64,000 nucleotides of DNA from a virus. Taxonomy: Duplodnaviria > Caudoviricetes. The translations under genes and the position numbers were made by a program. Positions 53,907 to 62,576 of the stretch are shown here, in pieces. Each line of letters begins with the position of its first letter. The stretch's first letter is position 1. The notes under the pieces are model-generated. The model saw only the letters and a program-made list of their open reading frames with translations, was not told the DNA's origin and searched no databases. The stretch covers positions 1,101-65,100 of the IMG/VR virus record IMGVR_UViG_3300043252_000005. One strand, given 5' to 3'.

Positions 53907-56900
53907 TGGCTGACGAACAGACGATCGAAGATCTGATCGGACCACCGCCGGGCCCGCGTCCGCAAGCTGCGGCACCTGGGCAGCCGGGCCAGGAACAGAC
54001 GATCGAAGATATCATTGGCCCTGCGCCCGGGCCGCGCCCGGCCTATCAGCCGCCAGCCACGATCTACGACCGCATCTTCCATGATCCGCAGAATCCCTAC
54101 GGCAAGCTGCTCGGCGATTTCGGGATGGGCTTCTCGGAAGGCTATGGCACTGGGCCGCTCGGCGTCGGCGAGGAAACCGAGAAGTGGATGCGCGACAACG
54201 GTGTGTGGCAGGACGAGCAGAAGAAGCAGGAGGATATCAAGAACGCCTGGTCGAAGGGACAGATCTGGCCGCTGATACCGGGGCTCGGCCACCAGATCCT
54301 CTATGAAGGCATCCAGCGGCCGGCGCAGGCGTTCCAGTTTGTCCAGCGCGGCTTTCAGGGCGTCGTCAGCGGCCTATCTGCGGCCGGCGGCGGTGTCGCG
54401 GAACAGACCGGCATTCCGCAGGTTGTGAGCCGGGCCGGTGGCCAGGAATACCAGCCGGGCCAGCTCGGCGCCGAAGTGGCGCAGGGCGTGCAATCCGAAT
54501 TCATGGCGCCAGGCGCGCTCCATGCTGCACCGGCCGAGATTTCTGCCGAAGCGCCGGAAGCTGCGGCCGCGCGCACCGAAGCAGTGTCCCGGCTCAATCC
54601 TCAGCAGCCGGCCACGGTCGCCGGCACGATCCGCGATGCCAAGTCGATGGGCATCATCGGCACGCTGAAGAATGACGAGGGCGTATGGAAGGGAACCGTT
54701 GACGCACCATATCCGGCGCCGGCTCCGCTGGCGGCACGCGCCGCGGATGCTGAAGCAGGCATACCGTCGCCACCATCGGAACCGATCGAGCCGCCGGCCG
54801 AACCGCCCGATATCCACGCCGTAGCGCGGCAACTGGCGCCCGATACGTTCAGCGAGTATGACCCTCTGGCCACGCGCAAGGCGACATTCCAGCGTTGGCT
54901 CGGCGAGATGCAGCGCGATCAGATCGATGAAGCGACCGGGCCGTATCGTGAGCAGATCGCCGATCTCGAAGCCAAGATGCAGGACGCAACACCGCGGCTC
55001 ACGAAGAAGTATCAGGCGCGGATCGACGATTTGAACGACCAATTGGACGACGCGCGGCAAGGGGCACTTGCCGACACGCCTGATATGGCCAAGATTCGCG
55101 AACAGCTTCAACGGGTCGATTACCGGATGCGCGACCTGGCGCCTGAGGTATCGGACGCCTATCGGCGGGCACAGGAGCAGATCGGGCCTGCGGCCGAGGA
55201 AGCTGAAACTCCAGTCGGCGCCGAACCGCCGCCGGCAGAACCGGAAGCGCCGGCCGCCCAGGTCATCCCGGCCGCTGCCGAGCAAGGCGAGCCTGTCGTT
55301 ACAGCCGAAGAAGTAATTCCCCATCCCAATATCGCGGCCGAGATGGAATCAAATAAAGATTTGCGCAGGTCTTGGGCTGGTCTCGATGCTGCCGATCGGC
55401 GCCGTGTCAATGAGATTGAATCGCATCTTCCGAAAAATATCCTTGCCGACAATGAAGAGCACATGCGTCTCGCTGACGAACAGGAAGCCCTATTCGAGAA
55501 AGGGCGCAGTCAGCTCCGCGAGAAAGTATCGGCTATTGGTCAGGAAGCGCCAGCAGCCGCGCCGCGCGCCTCGGCGCTCAACATCGCCGACGACGTGTCG
55601 CAAAAGTTGGTGCAAGCCGGACGCCCGCAGGAAGAGGCCGACGCGGCTGCACAGATTGTCGCCGCCCATTACGAGGCGCGGGCCGATCGGTTCGGGGGCG
55701 CCAAGGGTTCGCCCGACGAGATGTATCAGCGCGACGCGGCGCAGATCAAAGGCGGCGAGATCGGCGGCCGGGCTGGCGGCGCATCGGGCAAGGCACAGGT
55801 CAAGAACGGCCGGACGATCATCACGCTTTTCCGCAAGGCCGACGCTTCCACCTTCCTGCATGAGACGGGGCACCATTGGCTCGAAGAGTTGATGAGTGAC
55901 GCCAAGGATGAGCAGGCGCCCCAAGCTGTGAAGGATGATGCGGCAGCCGTGCGCAAATGGGCCGGCGCCGACCAGACAGGGACGCTCACAACCCGCCAGC
56001 ACGAGAAATTCGCCAGGGCATTCGAGCGCTATTTCCTCGAAGGGCGTGCGCCATCGTCACGGCTGGCTGGTGTCTTCGAACAGTTCAAGGGTTGGCTCGG
56101 CCAGATCTATGGCGCAGCATCCAAGATGCGCGAGGCGATCACGCCCGATATCCGCGACGTGTTCGACCGGCTGCTGACGAAGCCGTCCGAGCGCGCCGTG
56201 ACCGCGCCGGAGCCGGCCAAGGAATTCGCCGATATCCACGAAGCGGATGCGGCCCACACGCCGCCGGCACGCGCTGCCGAAGCGGCCGACACGATCGAGC
56301 AAGAGATAGATCAACTGGCAGCGCAGCGCGCGCCGCAGATCGCGGAGGCGATCCATGGACCAGAAACCGCCCGACCCGACACCGGAGAGCCCGGAGCCGG
56401 AAACGCCGGAGCAGCAGGCGTTGCAGGAGAGCCAACGCCGGCTGGTAGCACTCCAGGCGGCGGCAGAGAACCCGAACCTGTCGGCGCAGGAGAAGGCACT
56501 GGCGGCCAACCTGCTGCGCAGCCAGGGCGCGGCACTACAACTCAGGCAGAAGGCGCTGCAGCACCGACAAGGCAGCCAGTTGCCACCGGCAGAACAGTCG
56601 GAGCAACCGCAGGAGAAGCCGGAGAGCGGCCTGTCGGGCCTCACTCCAAACTAGTGGATGCGCCGGGCCGGTACGTCGACAAGGCCGGCAACATCCGGCT
56701 CGAAAACCTCAACACGCCGGAGGACCTGAACCGCTATTTCCGTGAGATGGCGGAGCAGAACGACGACTTCATGGCGGCGCGGCGTGGCGTGGTGTCCGAT
56801 GCGCAGGCGATGGACGCGGCTGACGCCATGGGCCTCAAGGCGTCCGACCTCAGTATCCAACGGCTTCGGCAGGAATTCTCGGCCGAACGGATTTACGCGA

Positions 56901-59086
56901 CCCGGCAGCTTTTCATTCAGGCCGGAGCCGACGTGTCGAATGCGGCGAAGCTGGCGGCGCAGGGTGATCTTGGCAGCCTGGCGGCCTACGCCGAAGCCCG
57001 CTCCCGCCTTCGGATGGTGCAAGAATATCTCTCGGCGATAACGGCCGAAGCCGGCCGCGGCCTGCGCGCCTTCCGCAATGTCGGCGAAGGCTTCGGAAAG
57101 GCGAAGGATCTGGCGGCGCTCGTCGGCGATTTTCAGGAGACGAAGACCCTCTTTCAGATGCAGGAAGAGGCGAAGCGGATCAGCGAGTTAGACACGCCGG
57201 CCAAGGTCAACAAGGTCATCCGCGATGCGGACAAGCCGAGCCTCGGCGGCATGCTGCTTGAGAGCTTCGTCAACGGCCTCATATCGAACCCGATCACGCA
57301 CACGACATACGCGGTCGGCAACGCGACGCTGGCGCTATGGAAGACGATCCCGGAGACGATGGTTGCTGCGGGCCTGGGGCGCATTAAGGAGATCCTGACG
57401 GGCGCCCCGATCGAGGAACGCGTGCGGCTGCAGGAGACGGGCGCCCAGGTCTATGCGTTGATGAAGGGCCAGCGCGACGGCTTCCGCGCGGCGTGGCAAT
57501 CGATGAAGTCCGGCCAGACGGCGGAACTGCCGCAAGAAATCATGGACCGGATGACCGGCCCGCAGCGCTCGAAATACGACGACGCTATCGCGGACGGCGC
57601 CAGCCACGATCAGGCGCTCAAGATCGCCGGTAGCATGTCGGACATCAAGACGCCGTTCACGCAGACGAAGCAGATCCCCGGCGTCGTCGGTGCGATCGTC
57701 CGCGCGCCCGGCGAACGCATGGTGGCGCCGATCCATTCCTATTTCCGCACAATGAACTACGAGCGCGGCATCGCGGCGCTGGCTGTGCGGCAGGCATTCA
57801 AGGAAGGGGCCGAGGGCGACAGGTTCAATATGCGCGTCGCCGATCTCACGCAGAACCCGACGCCGGCCATGATGGAAGCGGCTAGGGCGCAGGCGACGGA
57901 ACTGACGCTGATGGGGCACGGTGGCGAGCTCACGCGGCGTTTCGGCGCTCTGACGAAGTGGGAACCGAATATCCCGCTGCTGGGCAAGACGAAGCCGATC
58001 GCGTTCATCGACCCTTTCGTCACGATCTCGTCGAACATCATCAGCCAGTCGCTCGTGGAGCGGTCGCCGCTCGGCCTTCTGTCCGGCAAGATCCGCGAAG
58101 ATCTGTCGGGCCGGAATGGCACCGTGGCGCAGACGGAGGCCGCATCGAGGATGCTGTGCGGTACGGCCCTTGCGATGGTTGGCGGCGGCTTGGCGGCGGA
58201 GGGGATCATTACCGGTTCCGGGCCGTCCGATCCGCACAAGGCCATGCTCTGGCGTGCCCAGTACGGCCAGCCGCATAGCATCCGCATCGGCAACATGTCC
58301 TACGACCTGTCGCATCTCGGCGTGCTCGGCTTCGGGCTCGGCATCGCGGCCGATGCCTATCACTCATTCCACGAGATGGAGAAGGGCAACACGATCGAGG
58401 CGGCGCAGAACCTCGCGCACAGCTTCGCCCAGAATTTCCTTGACCAGTCGTTCATGAAGGGCGTCTCCGACCTGATGAAGGCGCTCGACGACAACGACCG
58501 GTACGGCGAGAGCTATGCGCGCAATCTGGTCGCGTCCGGTCTGCCGTTCTCGTCGGCGCTCGGCCAGGCGGCGCACATGGTCGATCCGTTCCAGCGTCAG
58601 GCGCGTACAATCCTCGACGCGGTGAAGGCCAAGATCCCGTGGGAATCGGAGACGCTGCAGCCGCGTATCGACATCTGGGGCCAGCCGATCCCGAACAAGG
58701 AATTCGTCGGCCTCTATGCGACGCGGCTGGCAAACGATCCAGTGAATAAGGCGATCCTCGAATTGCCGGGCGCGGCACCCGGGTTGCCGGAGCGGAAAAT
58801 TACTGGCATCGAACTGAACGACCGGCAATACACGCAATATTGCCAGATCGCCGGCCAGATCGCGCACAACATGCTCGCCGCCCGCGTCGCTAATCCGATG
58901 TGGTCGCAGATGCCGGTGCTGATCCGGCACGACATCGTGAAAACGGCGATCGAGGGCAGCCGGGCCATGGCGCGGGCGCGGCTCAAGATCGGTTCCATCG
59001 GCTCTGACAATGACATCATCGCGAAGGCGCTCGGCAACAAGCGGGCGCAGATGGACGCCGAACCGGTGAACCCTGACGACTTCTGA
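53906..59086 (+). CDS. Large ejection protein, gp16-like / polyvalent type (1726 aa), with HExxH domain
   Basis: ADASTFLHETGH, HEKFARAFERY..EG.AP; position after gp15-like gene. Confidence 0.8.
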   Translation: MADEQTIEDLIGPPPGPRPQAAAPGQPGQEQTIEDIIGPAPGPRPAYQPPATIYDRIFHDPQNPYGKLLGDFGMGFSEGYGTGPLGVGEETEKWMRDNGVWQDEQKKQEDIKNAWSKGQIWPLIPGLGHQILYEGIQRPAQAFQFVQRGFQGVVSGLSAAGGGVAEQTGIPQVVSRAGGQEYQPGQLGAEVAQGVQSEFMAPGALHAAPAEISAEAPEAAAARTEAVSRLNPQQPATVAGTIRDAKSMGIIGTLKNDEGVWKGTVDAPYPAPAPLAARAADAEAGIPSPPSEPIEPPAEPPDIHAVARQLAPDTFSEYDPLATRKATFQRWLGEMQRDQIDEATGPYREQIADLEAKMQDATPRLTKKYQARIDDLNDQLDDARQGALADTPDMAKIREQLQRVDYRMRDLAPEVSDAYRRAQEQIGPAAEEAETPVGAEPPPAEPEAPAAQVIPAAAEQGEPVVTAEEVIPHPNIAAEMESNKDLRRSWAGLDAADRRRVNEIESHLPKNILADNEEHMRLADEQEALFEKGRSQLREKVSAIGQEAPAAAPRASALNIADDVSQKLVQAGRPQEEADAAAQIVAAHYEARADRFGGAKGSPDEMYQRDAAQIKGGEIGGRAGGASGKAQVKNGRTIITLFRKADASTFLHETGHHWLEELMSDAKDEQAPQAVKDDAAAVRKWAGADQTGTLTTRQHEKFARAFERYFLEGRAPSSRLAGVFEQFKGWLGQIYGAASKMREAITPDIRDVFDRLLTKPSERAVTAPEPAKEFADIHEADAAHTPPARAAEAADTIEQEIDQLAAQRAPQIAEAIHGPETARPDTGEPGAGNAGAAGVAGEPTPAGSTPGGGREPEPVGAGEGTGGQPAAQPGRGTTTQAEGAAAPTRQPVATGRTVGATAGEAGERPVGPHSKLVDAPGRYVDKAGNIRLENLNTPEDLNRYFREMAEQNDDFMAARRGVVSDAQAMDAADAMGLKASDLSIQRLRQEFSAERIYATRQLFIQAGADVSNAAKLAAQGDLGSLAAYAEARSRLRMVQEYLSAITAEAGRGLRAFRNVGEGFGKAKDLAALVGDFQETKTLFQMQEEAKRISELDTPAKVNKVIRDADKPSLGGMLLESFVNGLISNPITHTTYAVGNATLALWKTIPETMVAAGLGRIKEILTGAPIEERVRLQETGAQVYALMKGQRDGFRAAWQSMKSGQTAELPQEIMDRMTGPQRSKYDDAIADGASHDQALKIAGSMSDIKTPFTQTKQIPGVVGAIVRAPGERMVAPIHSYFRTMNYERGIAALAVRQAFKEGAEGDRFNMRVADLTQNPTPAMMEAARAQATELTLMGHGGELTRRFGALTKWEPNIPLLGKTKPIAFIDPFVTISSNIISQSLVERSPLGLLSGKIREDLSGRNGTVAQTEAASRMLCGTALAMVGGGLAAEGIITGSGPSDPHKAMLWRAQYGQPHSIRIGNMSYDLSHLGVLGFGLGIAADAYHSFHEMEKGNTIEAAQNLAHSFAQNFLDQSFMKGVSDLMKALDDNDRYGESYARNLVASGLPFSSALGQAAHMVDPFQRQARTILDAVKAKIPWESETLQPRIDIWGQPIPNKEFVGLYATRLANDPVNKAILELPGAAPGLPERKITGIELNDRQYTQYCQIAGQIAHNMLAARVANPMWSQMPVLIRHDIVKTAIEGSRAMARARLKIGSIGSDNDIIAKALGNKRAQMDAEPVNPDDF
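56355..56654 (+). CDS. Candidate overprinted gene nested in +1 frame of the ejection protein (99 aa)
   Basis: GGAGG SD 6 nt before ATG; G/C-ending codons in this frame while host frame switches to GGA/GCA/CCA/AGA. Confidence 0.6.
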   Translation: MDQKPPDPTPESPEPETPEQQALQESQRRLVALQAAAENPNLSAQEKALAANLLRSQGAALQLRQKALQHRQGSQLPPAEQSEQPQEKPESGLSGLTPN

Positions 59087-59152
59087 CCGGGCGAGACAGA
59101 CCCCCGCATGTTGTGATATCTTGCGCGCGCCTTCCTATCGGGAGCACGATCG

Positions 59153-59311
59153 ATGGTCGCCGCAGCACATTCGCCACGCCAGGCCGTAAAGCCGGCACCG
59201 CAGCGCACGCCGCACGCCAAGCCAGTCCAGCGCAGCTACGAAAAGCCGTCCCTCGCCAAGCATTCCCTGGGTGTCGCTGGCCCGAAGCACGAGGCCAAGC
59301 AGGAGCCGTAG
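59153..59311 (+). CDS. 52-aa basic Pro/Lys/His-rich peptide
   Basis: Hand translation MVAAAHSPRQAVKPAPQR...KQEP; GGAG SD. Confidence 0.5.
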   Translation: MVAAAHSPRQAVKPAPQRTPHAKPVQRSYEKPSLAKHSLGVAGPKHEAKQEP

Positions 59312-59313
59312 CC

Positions 59314-61749
59314 TTGAAGCACATTCTCGCTGCGGCGGCGCTTCTGGCGCTCTGCATCTTCGGCCACGCGGAAGCCCAGGCGCCGGGCTCTGGCGGCAAC
59401 GTCAACGCATCCGGCACCGTCACGAATGGGCAATGCGCCGTTTTCACGGGCGTCAGCTACAACGTGCTGGGCGGCTCCTGCGGAAGCGGCGGCTCTGGTG
59501 TCTCGAGCTTCAATACGCGGACGGGGGCCGTTGTTCCGACCAGCGGCGACTATTCGTTCTCCCTCATCTCGGGCACGGCGACGCTCGGTCAGCTCGCGGC
59601 AGAAGCCGCCAACACGGTTGTGGGGAACGGCACCGGTTCGACCGCAGCCCCAACCGCCGTCGCCGTCCCATCCTGCTCGACGGCGACCAGCGCGCTTCAG
59701 TGGACGAGCGGCACCGGATTCGGCTGCGCCACGATCGCAGGCGGCGTCACGTCGTTCAATACGCGCACTGGCGCGATCGTCCCGGCGAGCGGAGACTACA
59801 GCTTCTCGCTGATCTCCGGCAGTCTGGCGCTGGCCCAACTCCCATCCGAGGCCGCCAACACGCTGCTCGGCGCACTGACCGCGACGACGCCCAGCGCTCT
59901 TGCCGTACCGTCGTGCTCGACCGCGAACAACTTTCTGCAATGGACTAGCGGGACTGGGTTCGGCTGTGCCACATCCAGCGGCGGCGTCGCGATCTCCGGT
60001 ACGCCGGCTGCAACCAATCTGGCACAGTTTACAAATTCGACGACGGTCAAGGGCGTGTCGCAGGGCGTCTTCAATGTCCGGCTCATGTACGGCGCGGTGC
60101 CGGATGGAAGTACGGATAATTCTACAGCTATAACAAATGCGTTCACGGCGAGTAATGCCTATACAAACGGTACACCGACTGTCTATTTTGATTGTGATAC
60201 TGGCGCGACAACTTGTGTTTATAACTATACCGGCAGCGGAAACAGCCCAATCGCGCCGACTATCGCGACGACTATCAAATGCGCGCAAGGCGTTACTATT
60301 AACTATCTTGGAACAGCGCATGCGGCCGATATCGGTAACCAAAGTCTTTCGGCTGCTTATCCTAATAGATATACGATTGATGGGTGCCGCTGGACCGGGG
60401 GAGCTTCCTATACGGCTGGCTTTTATTTTTACACTTACAACATTGAAACTTGGGTTACTAATAACGAATTTTTCCAGTTTGGAAATCAGACAGCGTATTC
60501 TTTGGTATATAATGGAAATAGTTGGTCCCCTACCATCATGGGGAACACCTGGGTAGATCATGATGGTGTATCAAGAAACATGCTTGACGCGCACACGGCC
60601 ACCAATACAAACATAAATTTTACAAATAATCGAACGGAATGTTTTACATCTGGGGGCGGAGCTTGTTCGAACTCCACTTACGGTGTAGGGGTTTGGCTAT
60701 TTACTGGACAAATTATTAACAATGTTATCGCATTTCATGGGCCAGAAATAAGAATATCATCCTGCCAAACTTGCGGCGGCGGTGCGGGGATATATATCCA
60801 AAATAATCAGCTTGAAGACGCAAGCGCACTCTGGCCTACGCCAGGCATCACTTTCGGCGACCCTGGAACTACCGGAGTCAATATAGACGGCGGGAACGTC
60901 GTATTTATCGATCATAATATCTTCACTGGAATATCGAAGGCATCCGCTGTCCCATGGATCGGTCCAGAAACGGCATCAAGCGGAAATTTCACCCTCCAAA
61001 ATCTAAATCTTACCAATAACAACTTCGCAATTTCCCCCGGTACTGGTGCTGTATACGTCAATGTTGGTGGTGTAGGTGGGGCATATTCTTTAAACAATTG
61101 GCACGGTGCCGTACTAATAAATCAATCAACTTCGCCTACTGTTTTCAATGCGGGGGCCACATCTGTACGCTATGGGCCAAGTTCATTCATAGGAAATGGC
61201 GGCGCATTGGCCAATTCTCCAGTAGCATTCGACTCCAGTGGAGTAAACATTGTTCGTTCATCTTTCCATAACGCGTCTTCAATTCTTACATGCCCCGATG
61301 TAAGCGGTTCCGGAACGGCGCAATCCTGTGTGACGACGCCGGAATTCGACAGCACCGGCACCAAGTTCACCCCCGCTGCCGGCGACATGATCCTCTACAA
61401 GACAACAACCACGGTCACGGGCGACGACACGATCAATGTCAATGCAACAAGCGCAGTCCATGTCCGAAAGTTCGGCGGAACGACGACGCTTGCGGCCGGC
61501 GATATCGTGGCGGGCGTCTACTATCCGCTGGTGTTCGACGGAACGTTTTGGGACATGCAGCAAAGTAATCTTGTTATGGCTGGATATACAGTAGCTACCC
61601 TACCTTCTACAGTAGCAACCGGGCAGGTCACTGGCGCTCAGGCTTATGTCACTGACGCTGTAGCCTGTACTTTCCTCGCGACCCTCACTGGCGGCGGCTC
61701 TACCGTTTGCCCGGTCTTCTATAACGGAACCGCATGGGTCGGGGCATGA
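59314..61749 (+). CDS. Tail spike/fibre with signal peptide and beta-helix domain
   Basis: AGGAG SD before TTG; MKHILAAAALLALCIFGHAEA|QAPG; two ~80-aa repeats; YGAVPDGSTDNSTAI pectate-lyase-3-type motif. Confidence 0.8.
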   Translation: MKHILAAAALLALCIFGHAEAQAPGSGGNVNASGTVTNGQCAVFTGVSYNVLGGSCGSGGSGVSSFNTRTGAVVPTSGDYSFSLISGTATLGQLAAEAANTVVGNGTGSTAAPTAVAVPSCSTATSALQWTSGTGFGCATIAGGVTSFNTRTGAIVPASGDYSFSLISGSLALAQLPSEAANTLLGALTATTPSALAVPSCSTANNFLQWTSGTGFGCATSSGGVAISGTPAATNLAQFTNSTTVKGVSQGVFNVRLMYGAVPDGSTDNSTAITNAFTASNAYTNGTPTVYFDCDTGATTCVYNYTGSGNSPIAPTIATTIKCAQGVTINYLGTAHAADIGNQSLSAAYPNRYTIDGCRWTGGASYTAGFYFYTYNIETWVTNNEFFQFGNQTAYSLVYNGNSWSPTIMGNTWVDHDGVSRNMLDAHTATNTNINFTNNRTECFTSGGGACSNSTYGVGVWLFTGQIINNVIAFHGPEIRISSCQTCGGGAGIYIQNNQLEDASALWPTPGITFGDPGTTGVNIDGGNVVFIDHNIFTGISKASAVPWIGPETASSGNFTLQNLNLTNNNFAISPGTGAVYVNVGGVGGAYSLNNWHGAVLINQSTSPTVFNAGATSVRYGPSSFIGNGGALANSPVAFDSSGVNIVRSSFHNASSILTCPDVSGSGTAQSCVTTPEFDSTGTKFTPAAGDMILYKTTTTVTGDDTINVNATSAVHVRKFGGTTTLAAGDIVAGVYYPLVFDGTFWDMQQSNLVMAGYTVATLPSTVATGQVTGAQAYVTDAVACTFLATLTGGGSTVCPVFYNGTAWVGA

Positions 61750-61874
61750 TGCGCGCCCTTCTCGCCCTGCTTATGCTGTTGCCGCACGCGGCGCTCGCCT
61801 TGTCCACGCTGACCGGCGGCGGCGCTGTGATCGTCAGCGTCTTGTGCAATGGCACAGTCTGGATCGTGCAATGA
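61746..61874 (+). CDS. 42-aa minigene: signal peptide plus copy of upstream spike C-terminal module
   Basis: Hand translation MMRALLALLMLLPHAALA|LSTLTGGGAVIVSVLCNGTVWIVQ; ATGA coupling at both ends. Confidence 0.6.
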   Translation: MMRALLALLMLLPHAALALSTLTGGGAVIVSVLCNGTVWIVQ

Positions 61875-62563
61875 TCGCTGGACCCCTCTTCATCCCGAAC
61901 CCGATTCGGACACTTCTCGCCGCCGCCATCACCATTCCGCTGCTCAGTTGCCAGGATCAGATCACCGCGACGCCGGGCGGCGGCCAGCCGAACGCGTTCC
62001 AGCTTGAGGCGATCTTCAATCGCGTGACGGTGGTGGGCAGCGCCGGGGACAGCGTGCAGCTTACGCAGGCAACGACGGGCGCATCGCAACTCGTCATCAA
62101 CGCTGGCGGCCAGTCGCTCGACATCTACGGCAACGGCACTGACACGCTCGATACGCACGGGCCGGGCGCGCCGGAAACGCTGGCGGCCGGGTCCTGGGTT
62201 TGGTTCTACTGCCTGACGCCGGGCCAATGGCAATCGACATCGCCGGGCAGTGGTGGCGGCGGTGGCGGCATTACGGCCCCGGTCATCTTCCCCGGCCGCG
62301 TCGTCATGGCCAGCGGCACAATCGTCATGACCAATGCGGACTATTACCTTGGCGTCGACAAGACGATTGCAGCGCCGACGACGGTCACGCTTCCCGCCGC
62401 TCCATCGCCGTTTCAGCAAGTCGTGATCGACGACGTGAAGGGCGACGCGGCGACGAACAACATCACGATCCAGGCAGGCGTTTCGACGGTCTACACGATA
62501 GATGTCGGTGGCCAGAACGTGGCGCTGATGTGGAATGGACTGTCGTGGCGGACGGTGGGCTAA
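61871..62563 (+). CDS. Virion structural / fibre-associated protein
   Basis: ITATPGGGQ...NRVTVV..AGDSV; VTLPAAP..QQVVIDD.KGDAATNNITI. Confidence 0.7.
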   Translation: MIAGPLFIPNPIRTLLAAAITIPLLSCQDQITATPGGGQPNAFQLEAIFNRVTVVGSAGDSVQLTQATTGASQLVINAGGQSLDIYGNGTDTLDTHGPGAPETLAAGSWVWFYCLTPGQWQSTSPGSGGGGGGITAPVIFPGRVVMASGTIVMTNADYYLGVDKTIAAPTTVTLPAAPSPFQQVVIDDVKGDAATNNITIQAGVSTVYTIDVGGQNVALMWNGLSWRTVG

Positions 62564-62576
62564 GGAGATGCAGCAC

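Noticed and set aside
59113-59313. Upstream extension of the spike ORF given in the track (878 aa)
   Set aside because: An SD-supported TTG at 59314 and a separate small gene at 59153-59311 explain the region better
61871-61960. Lipobox-like LLSC in the 61871 protein
   Set aside because: No basic n-region and a poor h-region; downstream sequence resembles ordinary virion structural domains
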